The position numbers and the translations under genes were made by a program. Below, piece after piece: positions 35,843 to 45,304 of a stretch of DNA of 64,000 nucleotides. Location: contig JBGPGH010000004.1 in assembly GCA_041483735.1 (NCBI GenBank), positions 1 through 64,000 on the forward strand, written 5' to 3'. The DNA is from Gemmatimonadaceae bacterium (lineage in GTDB: Bacteria > Gemmatimonadota > Gemmatimonadetes > Gemmatimonadales > Gemmatimonadaceae). How positions within the stretch are numbered: the stretch's first letter is position 1; each line of letters starts with the position of its first letter. The notes beneath the pieces are model-generated. The model was not told the DNA's origin, searched no databases, and saw only the letters and a list, made by a program, of their open reading frames with translations.

Positions 35843-38076
35843 GATCCCTTCTCCGGCCGGGCGGCCCGCTCGCGGGCCGCCGCCTCACGAGCGGCCGCTT
35901 CCTCTTCCTCGCGCGTCTGCACCGCGCGCATGAACTCGACGGTGGTCCGCGGCACGCGCACCCCCACCTGGCTGGGCCGGGCGGCGACGGCGCCGCGGAT
36001 CTCCGGATCGTCGCTGGTACGCGCCAGCGCCATCAGGCGCGCGGCATCGGGGTGGTCGCGCCACTCGCCGGCGACCGCGGTGAGAATCGCCAGCAGCTCC
36101 GGCGACTTGGGCGCCAGCCCCTGTCGGCGCAGGGCGCGCTTCTTTCCCAGCGCGCGCTGGACCAGCCACAGGAGCGTCTCCTCGGTCGCCATCGACGCCA
36201 TCACCCGGATGCCCAGCTGGCGGAGCTCCGGCGCGATGTCCGGATCGTCGACCTTGCGCATGATGCCCGGGACCGCATCGGGCGGGCAGTCGCCGAGGGC
36301 GGCGTTGAGCGCGGTGAAGACCATCCGCGGATCGGCGTCGCTCATCGCGATCGACAGCGCGTACGAGCGGGACGCGGGCGACCGCAGCGCGCACCGCAGC
36401 GCTTCCCGGCGCACGTCGGGGTCGGCGTGCTGGAGGTAGTCGGCCGCGTCGGCGTGCGACGGCGTCTCCGGAATCTGCGCGAGCAGCGCCAGCAGCCGCC
36501 GCTGGTTGGCCCAGCGGGCGCCGTCCATCCGGCTCAGGATCATCGGCGCGACATCCTTCCCGAGCGACAGCAGGAGCTCGCTCAACGGCCGCGCCGCCTG
36601 CTCGTCGGCGGCCTCGATCGCGTCGAGCAGCGGCGCGGCGGCGGCCAGTCCCATCTTCGCGATCAGCCGTTCCACCTGCGCACGATGTTCCAGCTTGCCC
36701 GCCAGCAGCGTGCGCAACCGGTCCTCGGTGGTGATCCGCTCCCAGATCATCGTGCGGATCTGGCTCTCCGGCGCGCGGTCGAGCAGGTCGAGCAGCGGCA
36801 GGAAGTTGTCGCGACCGGCCCGGGCGTCCACCGCCCGCCACAGCGCCTCGCCGACCGTCCCCACCTCCAGCGCCATCTGGATCATGCGCTCGGGCTCCGG
36901 CGGAAAGGCCTGGTCGGACGTCGTGAACAGCGGCGCCGACTGCGACATCTGCTCCAGCGCCTGTCGATAGGCATCCGGGTTGGGGTCGTCGAGTTTCCAG
37001 TCGCTGATCAGCTTGTGGACGTGCTCGCGGAGCGCCCCCTCGAATTCGCCCCGCACGTCCCCCGCATCCTGCTCGGCGTGCACCGCGAACTTCGACAGCA
37101 GCCGCATCATCGAATGCGACACCGTCTGCTTGGACGTGTCGGCCGCGGCCTGCACCAGCTCCACCACCGCGTCCACCGCCAGGCCCTGCGACGTGTCGAG
37201 CGCGAACCGCTTGCGCTGCAGCACGTCGCCGCCCATGTCCATCAGTCGCCGCAGCGTCTCCGGCCGCAGCGCCCGCACCAGCTTCGAGATCCGCCGCTGC
37301 AGCGCCAGCGCCTCCTGGCCGTGCGCGCGCTTCAACTCCTCGGCGATCTGCAGCAGGTACCCGACCACCACCTGGTCGTAGGCGACATCCTTGACCGAGT
37401 CGTCGATCGCCTGCGCCACCACCACCGGATCCGTGGAGGGCGGCGGCTCATCGGCGGCGCCGGTGCCGGTCGCCATCGCCGCGCGTGCCAACCCCACCCA
37501 GAGCTGCGCCGCCCGCGACCGCGCCCCGGTGTCCGGCTTCCCGCTCCCGCCCTTGGTGTCCCCCGCCTCGTGCGCCTCCACCGGCTTGTCCGCCCCCTCC
37601 TCCACCAGCTCCAGCTGGTCGAACGTCATCGGGTAGAGGCGGATGTGCGACCACTGGTGCAGGACTTCCGGCGGCTCCAGCCCCAGCGGCCGGTCGGTGC
37701 GCTGCGGCTCCACGGCGACCGTGGCCAGGAAGACCCGGATCTCGTCGGGCGTGGCGTCCTTCGCGAAGCGAATCGCGCCCAGCTGGTGCCGGTGCAGCCG
37801 GCCGGCGAGCTCGCGCAGCAGCGGGTTTTCGGGATCGGTGGCCACGCCCTCGATCACCAACTGGTTGCGCGCCACGCCCAGCGAAATCGAGTCGCGCTTG
37901 TCCAACAGCACGGTCAGGCGGCGCTCCACCCCGCGCACCGCGCCGTCCAGCAGCGGATGACCCGGCGGGTAGATGGAGTTCTTGTGCAGTCCGATCGACA
38001 GCTCGATGAGGAAATCCGCCAGATCCCGCGACAGCGCCGCGGATTCCCCGCTCGAGATCGGTCCCTTGCTCGTCAT
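35839..38076 (-). CDS. large HEAT/ARM-like alpha-helical repeat protein, hypothetical
   Basis: 745 aa, Ala/Leu/Arg-rich helical repeats (PBS-lyase HEAT-like), translationally coupled to HD-GYP gene. Confidence 0.65.
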   Translation of the reverse strand: MTSKGPISSGESAALSRDLADFLIELSIGLHKNSIYPPGHPLLDGAVRGVERRLTVLLDKRDSISLGVARNQLVIEGVATDPENPLLRELAGRLHRHQLGAIRFAKDATPDEIRVFLATVAVEPQRTDRPLGLEPPEVLHQWSHIRLYPMTFDQLELVEEGADKPVEAHEAGDTKGGSGKPDTGARSRAAQLWVGLARAAMATGTGAADEPPPSTDPVVVAQAIDDSVKDVAYDQVVVGYLLQIAEELKRAHGQEALALQRRISKLVRALRPETLRRLMDMGGDVLQRKRFALDTSQGLAVDAVVELVQAAADTSKQTVSHSMMRLLSKFAVHAEQDAGDVRGEFEGALREHVHKLISDWKLDDPNPDAYRQALEQMSQSAPLFTTSDQAFPPEPERMIQMALEVGTVGEALWRAVDARAGRDNFLPLLDLLDRAPESQIRTMIWERITTEDRLRTLLAGKLEHRAQVERLIAKMGLAAAAPLLDAIEAADEQAARPLSELLLSLGKDVAPMILSRMDGARWANQRRLLALLAQIPETPSHADAADYLQHADPDVRREALRCALRSPASRSYALSIAMSDADPRMVFTALNAALGDCPPDAVPGIMRKVDDPDIAPELRQLGIRVMASMATEETLLWLVQRALGKKRALRRQGLAPKSPELLAILTAVAGEWRDHPDAARLMALARTSDDPEIRGAVAARPSQVGVRVPRTTVEFMRAVQTREEEEAAAREAAARERAARPEKGS

Positions 38077-38192
38077 CGAGGAGTGCCGGCGTGAGCTGAA
38101 GCGGAGGGCGCGCGACGGCGCGCGCCCGCGGGCGACCGGTGGTCCATCTGTAGACGATGGGGACGACCCGGCGTTTCAGCCTCCCGCCCCCC

Positions 38193-39788
38193 TCAGCCGG
38201 TCCCGGCGGCTCCTCCCAGGTGCATCCGCCGCTCGGCGTTGGCGAACCGGTCCACCGCCTCAAGGGACCGCGACCCTCCGGTGGCCAGCGAAACCACCAC
38301 ACCCACGGCAAACGACAGCGGGATGGTCACCAGCGCCGGGTTCTTCAGCGGGAACCAGGCCTGGGTGTGCTTGAGGAGGTCGATCTGGACCGTGGGCGAG
38401 AGCCAGATGAGGAGCAGCGTCCCCGCCGTCCCCAGCAGCATCGCCGACACCGCGCCGGCGGTGGTGCACCGCCGCCAGAAGATCGACAGCACCAGCGCCG
38501 GGAAGTTGCCGCTGGCCGCGATCGCGAATGCCAGTCCCACCATGAAGGCGACGTTCTGCCCCTTGAACGCGATCCCCAGCACGATCGCCACCACCGCCAG
38601 CACCACGGTCGCCCCGCGTGCCACCCGCAACTGCTCGGTGGCGTTGGCCTCGCCCCGCCGCACCACGTTCACCCACAGGTCGTGCGACAGCGCCGCCGCG
38701 CCCGAGAGGGTGAGGCCGGCCACCACCGCGAGGATGGTCGCGAACGCGACCGCGGCGATGAAGCCCAGTACCGGCGTCCCGCCCAGGTACTCGGCCAGGA
38801 GCGGCGCCGCCATGTTCCCGCCCTTGTCCACCGCCTTGATCGCGTCCGGACCCACCAGCACCATCGCCCCGAACCCGAGGATGAACGTCATCAGGTAGAA
38901 GAAGCCGATCAGCCCGGTGGCGTAGAACACCGAGGTGCGCGCCGCCCGGGCGTCGGGCACCGTGTAGAACCGCATGAGGATGTGCGGCAGGCCGGCGGTC
39001 CCGAACATCAGCGCCATTCCCAGCGAAATCGCGTCGAGCGGGTTCGACACCAGCTTCCCGGGCGCGAGTACCCCGGCGCCGTACTTCTCGGCGGCCGCCG
39101 CGAACAGGCGGAGCGGGTTCATCCCGAACTGCGCCAGCACCATCACCGCGAGCATGAACGCCCCGAACATCAGCAGCACCGCCTTCACGATCTGCACCCA
39201 GGTGGTGGCGAGCATCCCGCCGAACAGCACGTACGCGAGCATCGCCGCGCCGACGATCGCGACCGCGGTCTCGTAAGGCAGCCCGAACATGAGGCGGATC
39301 AGCCCGCCGGCCCCCACCATCTGCGCGATCAGGTAGAGGATGACCGTCGCCAGGGTGCCCACCGCCGCCGCCAGCCGCACCGGCGTCTGGGACAATCGGG
39401 CCGCCACCACATCCGCGAACGTGTACCGCCCCAGGTTCCGCAGCGGCTCGGCGATCAGGAAGAGCACCACCGGCCACCCCACCAGCCATCCGGTCGAGTA
39501 GATCAGTCCGTCGAACCCGGTGGTCGACACCAAACCGGCGATGCCCAGGAACGAGGCCGCGCTCATGTAGTCGCCCGCCAGCGCCAGACCGTTCTGCCGG
39601 GCGCTGATCGTGCGGCCGGCGGCATAGAAGTGATCGGTGGTCTTGGTGCGGCGCGCGGCCCACCACGTGATCCCCATCGTGATCGCGATGAACACGAAAA
39701 AGAACCCCATCGCCACCACGTTCGGCTCGCCAATGCGCGTCGCCGGCGCGGCCGTCGCGGCCGCTTGCAGGAGCATAGGCGCCGTCAT
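38193..39788 (-). CDS. actP: sodium:solute symporter family, cation/acetate symporter ActP-like
   Basis: 531 aa, 13-14 TM, SSS-family N-terminus; preceded by DUF485 gene with overlapping stop/start. Confidence 0.85.
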   Translation of the reverse strand: MTAPMLLQAAATAAPATRIGEPNVVAMGFFFVFIAITMGITWWAARRTKTTDHFYAAGRTISARQNGLALAGDYMSAASFLGIAGLVSTTGFDGLIYSTGWLVGWPVVLFLIAEPLRNLGRYTFADVVAARLSQTPVRLAAAVGTLATVILYLIAQMVGAGGLIRLMFGLPYETAVAIVGAAMLAYVLFGGMLATTWVQIVKAVLLMFGAFMLAVMVLAQFGMNPLRLFAAAAEKYGAGVLAPGKLVSNPLDAISLGMALMFGTAGLPHILMRFYTVPDARAARTSVFYATGLIGFFYLMTFILGFGAMVLVGPDAIKAVDKGGNMAAPLLAEYLGGTPVLGFIAAVAFATILAVVAGLTLSGAAALSHDLWVNVVRRGEANATEQLRVARGATVVLAVVAIVLGIAFKGQNVAFMVGLAFAIAASGNFPALVLSIFWRRCTTAGAVSAMLLGTAGTLLLIWLSPTVQIDLLKHTQAWFPLKNPALVTIPLSFAVGVVVSLATGGSRSLEAVDRFANAERRMHLGGAAGTG

Positions 39789-40090
39789 GCCTGGCTCCTC
39801 GTTCCTCGTTCCTCGTTCTCTTTCCCCAGTCTGTCCACATGCACGTCATAGTGCCGGTTCGCCCAGTGCATGTAGATCCACGTCAGCAGCCAACTGGCGA
39901 GGATGACCACCACCCCCAGCAGCATCCCCAGGGTCAGCCCCGGCGCGAGCAGCGTGCCGAGCAGCGGTTTGTCGTACGCGATGAGCGCGATGAAGCCGAA
40001 GTAGACCGCGGTCATCGCGATCGTGAGCGTGATCGCGACCCGCCAGCGGGCGCGGGCCAGGGCGCTGAGGTCCGGTGCGGGATCGGGCAT
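39785..40090 (-). CDS. DUF485 (YjcH-like) inner membrane protein partner of ActP
   Basis: Two TM helices, conserved position upstream of actP; ATG at M12 of track ORF; 3' end encoded by (CCTCGTT)x3. Confidence 0.75.
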   Translation of the reverse strand: MPDPAPDLSALARARWRVAITLTIAMTAVYFGFIALIAYDKPLLGTLLAPGLTLGMLLGVVVILASWLLTWIYMHWANRHYDVHVDRLGKENEERGTRSQA

Positions 40091-40234
40091 CGAGGCGGGA
40101 GTGGAGGGGGCGGGACCAGCCAACTGGCGCGAACTCGACCGGCGGGAAGAAAGCCGTTCCCCTCCGGCCGGGCAAGGCGGGCACTGTGCGCTGGCGCACT
40201 CACGCCGGCCGCGTCCACCTGCTAGTCTGAAAAC

Positions 40235-41713
40235 ATGCGTCCGTCCCGCCGCGTCACCGCCCTCGCGTTCGCCCTCGTCGCCGGCAGCCTGATCGCCGGG
40301 TGCGACGGCGGCTCGAATTCGTCCGCGCCGCCGCCCCCTCAGCCGCGGCTGGAGATCGCGGCCGGAGACACCCAGTCCGCCGACGCCGGCCAGCCGCTCG
40401 CCGACTCGCTGGCCGTGAGGGCGGTGGACGCATCCGGCGCGGCGGAGGGCAACGTCCTGGTGCGCTGGACCGCGACCGGGACGGCGATCGCGTCACCGGA
40501 GTCGTCGTTCACCGCCGCGAACGGGATCGCCCGGACGCGACTCACCCTCGGCGCCACACCGGGGAGCTACACGGTCACCGCCCAGGCGGCCGGCCGTGCG
40601 CCGGTCCAGTTCAGCGTCCTCGCCAGAACCCCAGCGGGGACGGTCAACCTCGCCCTCCAGCCGGTGGCGAGCGGGCTCACCCAGCCGCTCTTCGTCACCG
40701 CGCCGGCGGGCGACTCGCGCGTCTTCGTGGTTGAGCAGGTGGGACGGGTGCGGATCGTCCAGAACGGGCTGCTGCTCGCCGCCTCGTTCCTCGACATCCG
40801 GAACCGCGTGATCTTCGCCGACGAACGGGGGCTGCTGAGCGTCGCCTTCGATCCGAAGTACGCGCAGAACGGGTATTTCTACGTCGACTACATCGACACG
40901 AACGGCAACACCCAGGTCGACCGGTACACGGTGTCGTCCGGCGATCCGAACGTGGCCGACACCACCACCCGTCTCCCGATCCTCGGCGTCACGCAACCGT
41001 ACACCAACCACAACGGCGGGCTGCTCCTGTTCGGCACCGACAGCCTGCTGTACGTGGGGCTGGGCGACGGCGGGAGCGCCGGCGACCCGCAGGGCTACGG
41101 GCAGAACCAGAACACGCTCCTGGGGAAGATCCTTCGCTTGGACGTGCGCGGCGCCACCGCCCAGGCGCCGTACGCGATCCCGGCCGGCAATCCGTTCGTG
41201 GGGCAGGCCGGCAAGCGGGGCGAGATCTGGGCGTACGGCCTCCGCAACCCGTGGCGGTTCTCCTTCGACCGCGTGGCGGGTCGCCTCTACATCGGCGACG
41301 TCGGCCAGAACCGGGAGGAGGAAATCGACATCGCCGACGCCGGCCAGGCCGGACTGAACTACGGCTGGAACACCATGGAGGCATCGCTCTGCTACCCATC
41401 CGATCCATGCAGCAGTGCCGGGCTGGTGCTGCCGCGGATCGAGTACGACCACTCCGCGTCAGGCGGGTGCGCGGTCACCGGCGGCTACGTCTACCGCGGC
41501 ACCATGATCCCGGAGATCGTCGGCCACTACTTCTACTCCGACTACTGCAGCGGCTGGCTCCACAGCTTCCGCTTCGACGGGACCCGCCTGACGGACTTCG
41601 CGGAGTGGAACGTCCCCAACGTCGGGAACATCTCCTCGTTCGGCGAGGATGCCGCCGGCGAGCTCTACCTGACCTCGTTCAACGGCACCGTTTACCGGCT
41701 GGTGAAGCAGTAG
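40235..41713 (+). CDS. PQQ-dependent soluble sugar dehydrogenase (SGDH/sorbosone dehydrogenase family) lipoprotein with N-terminal Ig-like domain
   Basis: Lipobox SLIAGC; beta-propeller motifs (GDGG, NHNGG, RNPWRFSFD). Confidence 0.85.
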   Translation: MRPSRRVTALAFALVAGSLIAGCDGGSNSSAPPPPQPRLEIAAGDTQSADAGQPLADSLAVRAVDASGAAEGNVLVRWTATGTAIASPESSFTAANGIARTRLTLGATPGSYTVTAQAAGRAPVQFSVLARTPAGTVNLALQPVASGLTQPLFVTAPAGDSRVFVVEQVGRVRIVQNGLLLAASFLDIRNRVIFADERGLLSVAFDPKYAQNGYFYVDYIDTNGNTQVDRYTVSSGDPNVADTTTRLPILGVTQPYTNHNGGLLLFGTDSLLYVGLGDGGSAGDPQGYGQNQNTLLGKILRLDVRGATAQAPYAIPAGNPFVGQAGKRGEIWAYGLRNPWRFSFDRVAGRLYIGDVGQNREEEIDIADAGQAGLNYGWNTMEASLCYPSDPCSSAGLVLPRIEYDHSASGGCAVTGGYVYRGTMIPEIVGHYFYSDYCSGWLHSFRFDGTRLTDFAEWNVPNVGNISSFGEDAAGELYLTSFNGTVYRLVKQ

Positions 41714-41753
41714 GCGGCTGGACGCGGTCCCCGCGGCGCGATAACTCCCCCGC

Positions 41754-43841
41754 GTGAACCCCTCCGCTTCCCCCCGGCTCTCGCCCGCGCGCCACGCCAC
41801 CCTCGATGCGGCCGCGCGCCGGATCGCGCCCCGCGCCTGGCCGCCGGCGACGCCGGCCGGCGACCTCACCGACGCCATCGAGACGCGGATCACCGGCATG
41901 GTCCCGCACAAGCGCGCCGACTTTGAGCTGGTCCTCGACCTGCTCGGCCACCCGCTGAGCGCGTTCGTCACCGTGGGCCGGTTCACGCCCTTCGCGCGGC
42001 TCGACGGCGCGCGCCAGGACCGGCTGCTCGAGCGGTGGAGCCGGTCGCCGCTGCCGCCACTGCGCACGGTCCTGCAGGCGGTCCGCCGGCTGGTGCTCGC
42101 CATCCACTACTCGCGCCCCGAGGTTTCAAGGACCGTCGGTTACCTGGGGCCGCTCAGCGAACGGCGGCCCGTGTACCCGTGGGAGGGGCCGGTCCCGGGC
42201 GCCGCCACGCTGGACGCCGAGCCGGTGGCGCGCGCCCCGGCCGGCGCGCCGCACAAGGTGGTCGATGGGGCCCGTGACGCGCTCGCCTGGCGTGAGGCGC
42301 ACCGCGTCCCCGGCCGCGTCACCACCGGCGCCGAACTCGCCGGCGACGTCCGCCTCACGACGGAGGTCCTGGTCATCGGCACCGGCGCCGGCGGCGCGGT
42401 GGCCGCGGCGCGCCTGGCCGAGGCCGGCCGCGAAGTCGTGCTCCTCGAGGAAGGGGGCTTCTGGACCGCGGCCGACTTCACCGAGCGCGAGGTCGACATG
42501 ACCGAGCGGCTCTACGCCGAGCAGGGGCTGCGCGCCACCGAGGACCTGGCGGTGACGATGCTGCAGGGGCGCGCGGTGGGAGGGGGCACCACGGTCAACT
42601 GGATGATCATGCTGCGCACCCCGGACTGGGTCCTGGACGAGTGGGCGCGCGACGCCGGGGCCACCGGCCTCTCGCCCGCCGAGCTGCGCCCGGTGTTCGA
42701 GCTCATCGAGCGGGAGGTGCACGCCCGCACGGTGCCTGACGACGCGCACTCGCCCAACAACCGGATCCTGCTCGACGGTGCCGCCGCCCTCGGCTGGCGG
42801 GCCGGTCCGGCGGTGATCAACGCGGCCGGCTGCGTGCGCGCGGGCACCTGCGGCTTCGGCTGCCGCTACGACGCCCGGCGCGGGGCGGCGCGGACCTGGA
42901 TCCCCCGCGCCCTCGCCGCCGGCGCCCGCCTGTACTGCGATGCGCGCGCGGACCGGATCGAGCTGGCCGGCGCCGGACCGCGCCGCACCAAGCGCGTGAC
43001 CGCCACCCTGCTCGACCGCGCCGGAGGCCCGCCACGCGGACGCCTCACGATCGAGGCGCCGGTCGTCGTGCTGGCCGGCGGCGCCGTCGGGACGCCGGCG
43101 CTGCTTCTGCGGTCGGGACTGGGCGGCGGCGGCGTGGGACGCTGGCTCCGCCTCCACCCCACCACCGCCGTCGTCGGCCGCCACGACCGCGAAGTCTACG
43201 CCGCGGCCGGCATCCCCCTGTCGACGATGTGCGACCACTTCCTGCGCGGCGACGACGGCTACGGCTTCTGGATCGAGTGCCCGCCCTTCCACCCGTCGCT
43301 GGCCGCGGTCGCTTGCCCGGGATTCGGCGAGGGGCACCACCGGGTGCTCGACGACTTCCCCCGGCTGGCGGCGATGATCGCGCTCGCCCGGGACGGCGCG
43401 GATCGCCTGCGCTCCTCCGGCGCGGTGACCGTCGACCGGAGCGGCCGGACTCGCATCCGCTACCGCCTGGCGCCGCGCGACGCCCGGACCCTCACCGCGG
43501 CGATCGAGGCCGCCGCGCGCCTGCAGCTCGCCGCCGGCGCCCGCGAGGTGCTCACCCTCCACCGGGATCCCGTGCGCCTCACGAGCGAGCGTGACCTGGC
43601 CACGCTCCGCGACCGCCCGATGGGCCCGAACGACATCTCGCTGTTCTCGGCGCACGTGAACGGCACCTGCCGGATGGGCACCGATCCGGCCAGCTCCGGC
43701 GCCGACCCGGATGGCACGCGCCACGGCGTCCCCGGCCTCTACATCTGCGACGGCTCGCTCCTCCCCACCGCGCCCGGCGTGAATCCGCAGGAGACGATCA
43801 TGGCGCTGGCGTCCGTCGTCGCCGGCCGCATCCGGCCCTGA
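41754..43841 (+). CDS. GMC family FAD oxidoreductase with ~190-aa N-terminal extension
   Basis: Rossmann VLVIGTGAGGAVAAARLAEAGREVVLLEEG ~210 aa from N-terminus; C-terminal GMC_oxred_C; GTG start. Confidence 0.85.
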   Translation: MNPSASPRLSPARHATLDAAARRIAPRAWPPATPAGDLTDAIETRITGMVPHKRADFELVLDLLGHPLSAFVTVGRFTPFARLDGARQDRLLERWSRSPLPPLRTVLQAVRRLVLAIHYSRPEVSRTVGYLGPLSERRPVYPWEGPVPGAATLDAEPVARAPAGAPHKVVDGARDALAWREAHRVPGRVTTGAELAGDVRLTTEVLVIGTGAGGAVAAARLAEAGREVVLLEEGGFWTAADFTEREVDMTERLYAEQGLRATEDLAVTMLQGRAVGGGTTVNWMIMLRTPDWVLDEWARDAGATGLSPAELRPVFELIEREVHARTVPDDAHSPNNRILLDGAAALGWRAGPAVINAAGCVRAGTCGFGCRYDARRGAARTWIPRALAAGARLYCDARADRIELAGAGPRRTKRVTATLLDRAGGPPRGRLTIEAPVVVLAGGAVGTPALLLRSGLGGGGVGRWLRLHPTTAVVGRHDREVYAAAGIPLSTMCDHFLRGDDGYGFWIECPPFHPSLAAVACPGFGEGHHRVLDDFPRLAAMIALARDGADRLRSSGAVTVDRSGRTRIRYRLAPRDARTLTAAIEAAARLQLAAGAREVLTLHRDPVRLTSERDLATLRDRPMGPNDISLFSAHVNGTCRMGTDPASSGADPDGTRHGVPGLYICDGSLLPTAPGVNPQETIMALASVVAGRIRP

Positions 43842-43872
43842 CCGGGCCGCCCGACATTCCCCTCGCCCCGTA

Positions 43873-43900
43873 TTGCGAACCCTTCGGCCGCCGGTATAAT
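43873..43900 (+). promoter_or_regulatory. sigma-70-like promoter (TTGCGA-16 nt-TATAAT)
   Basis: Only perfect TATAAT in window, in a local low-GC patch 42 nt upstream of small ORF ATG. Confidence 0.4.
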
Positions 43901-43941
43901 CCACAGGCGACTTCCGACCGCCGCCACCCACCGAGGACGCG

Positions 43942-44118
43942 ATGCCCGAGACCGACACCAAGCAGATCGAGGAACGCATCAAGGCCCTGCAGCGCGCCGT
44001 GTACTACCTGATCTGGAAGCGCAGCGGCTTTGGCGAGCACTGCATCCACTGCGATCACGCCTACCCCGGCCACGAGAACAAGTGCAAGGCGGCCGAGGTC
44101 GAGCAGCTGATCCGCTGA
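43942..44118 (+). CDS. unannotated 58-aa Cys/His-containing small protein
   Basis: GAGGA 5 nt before ATG; strongly GC3-biased codons; MPETDTKQIEERIKALQRAVYYLIWKRSGFGEHCIHCDHAYPGHENKCKAAEVEQLIR. Confidence 0.55.
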   Translation: MPETDTKQIEERIKALQRAVYYLIWKRSGFGEHCIHCDHAYPGHENKCKAAEVEQLIR

Positions 44119-44192
44119 CCTGGTAGCGCACGGAGGGCCGACCGGCCCTCCGCCGCGCCGCCGGTGCGGCGCGCCGCCGCCCGACCGTTCCC

Positions 44193-45230
44193 GTGTCTCC
44201 CTCGCGCGGCCCCGTGCGCCCGGATTCGTCGGCGCCCCCCTCACACTCCCCTCCCCTCTCCGACCGGCCGGCCATCGTCGTCACCCGGCGCCTCCCGCCC
44301 ACCGTCGAGGAGCGCCTCACCGAGCTGTTCGACGCCCGCTTCAATCCCGACGACGTTCCGCTCTCTCCCGAGCAGCTGGCCGACGCGATGCGCAGCGCCG
44401 ATGGCCTGCTCTGCACGCTCACCGACCGGATCGGCGCCGACCTCCTCAACACGCCGCTGCGCCAGGTGCGGATCCTGGCCAACTTCGGCGTCGGCTACAC
44501 CAACATCGACGTCAAGGCCGCGAAGGCCGCCGGGATCGTGGTCACCAACACGCCGGACGTCCTCACCGACGATACCGCCGACCTCACGATCGCCCTGATG
44601 CTGATGGTCGCCCGCCGGCTGGGCGAGGGGGAGCGGCTGGTGCGCGACGGCAAGTGGACCGGGTGGCGCCCCACCGACATGCTCGCCACCTCGCTCACCG
44701 GCAAGACGCTCGGGATCATCGGGATGGGACGGATCGGCCGGGCGGTGGCCCGGCGCGCGTCGGGCGGGCTGGGGATGTCGGTGACCTACTACAATCCGTC
44801 GGCAATGCCGGCCGACGCGGCCGCCACGTTAGGCGCAGAGCGGAAGGATTCGATCGAGGCGGTGCTCGACGAGGCGGACGTCCTCACCCTCCACTGCCCC
44901 TCCACCCCGCAGACGCACCACCTGATCAACGCCCCGCGCCTCACCCGGATGAGGAACACCGCCTTCCTCATCAACACCTCCCGCGGCGACGTCGTCGATG
45001 AGTCCGCCCTGATCGAAGCCCTGCGCGCCGGGCAGATCGCCGGCGCCGGCCTCGATGTCTACGAGCACGAGCCCCGGGTCCCGAAGGCGCTCCTCGACAT
45101 GGAGAACGTCGTCCTTCTCCCCCACATCGGGAGCGCCACCCTCGAAACCCGGGTCGCCATGGGTGAACGGGCGATGGTCAACCTGGTCGCGTTCTTCGCC
45201 GGCCGCGAGCCACACGATCGGATCGTCTGA
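44193..45230 (+). CDS. D-isomer-specific 2-hydroxyacid dehydrogenase (glyoxylate/hydroxypyruvate reductase-like)
   Basis: NAD-binding GIIGMGRIGRAVARRA, catalytic R/E/H region (…LPHIGSAT…); start possibly downstream of track ATG. Confidence 0.8.
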   Translation: MSPSRGPVRPDSSAPPSHSPPLSDRPAIVVTRRLPPTVEERLTELFDARFNPDDVPLSPEQLADAMRSADGLLCTLTDRIGADLLNTPLRQVRILANFGVGYTNIDVKAAKAAGIVVTNTPDVLTDDTADLTIALMLMVARRLGEGERLVRDGKWTGWRPTDMLATSLTGKTLGIIGMGRIGRAVARRASGGLGMSVTYYNPSAMPADAAATLGAERKDSIEAVLDEADVLTLHCPSTPQTHHLINAPRLTRMRNTAFLINTSRGDVVDESALIEALRAGQIAGAGLDVYEHEPRVPKALLDMENVVLLPHIGSATLETRVAMGERAMVNLVAFFAGREPHDRIV

Positions 45231-45304
45231 CCGCGGACCCGCCCGGGCCGCGATGCCTGCTCCCGTGCTTTGCCTCCCGATCCGGCGGGACGTAGCATCC
45301 ACGG

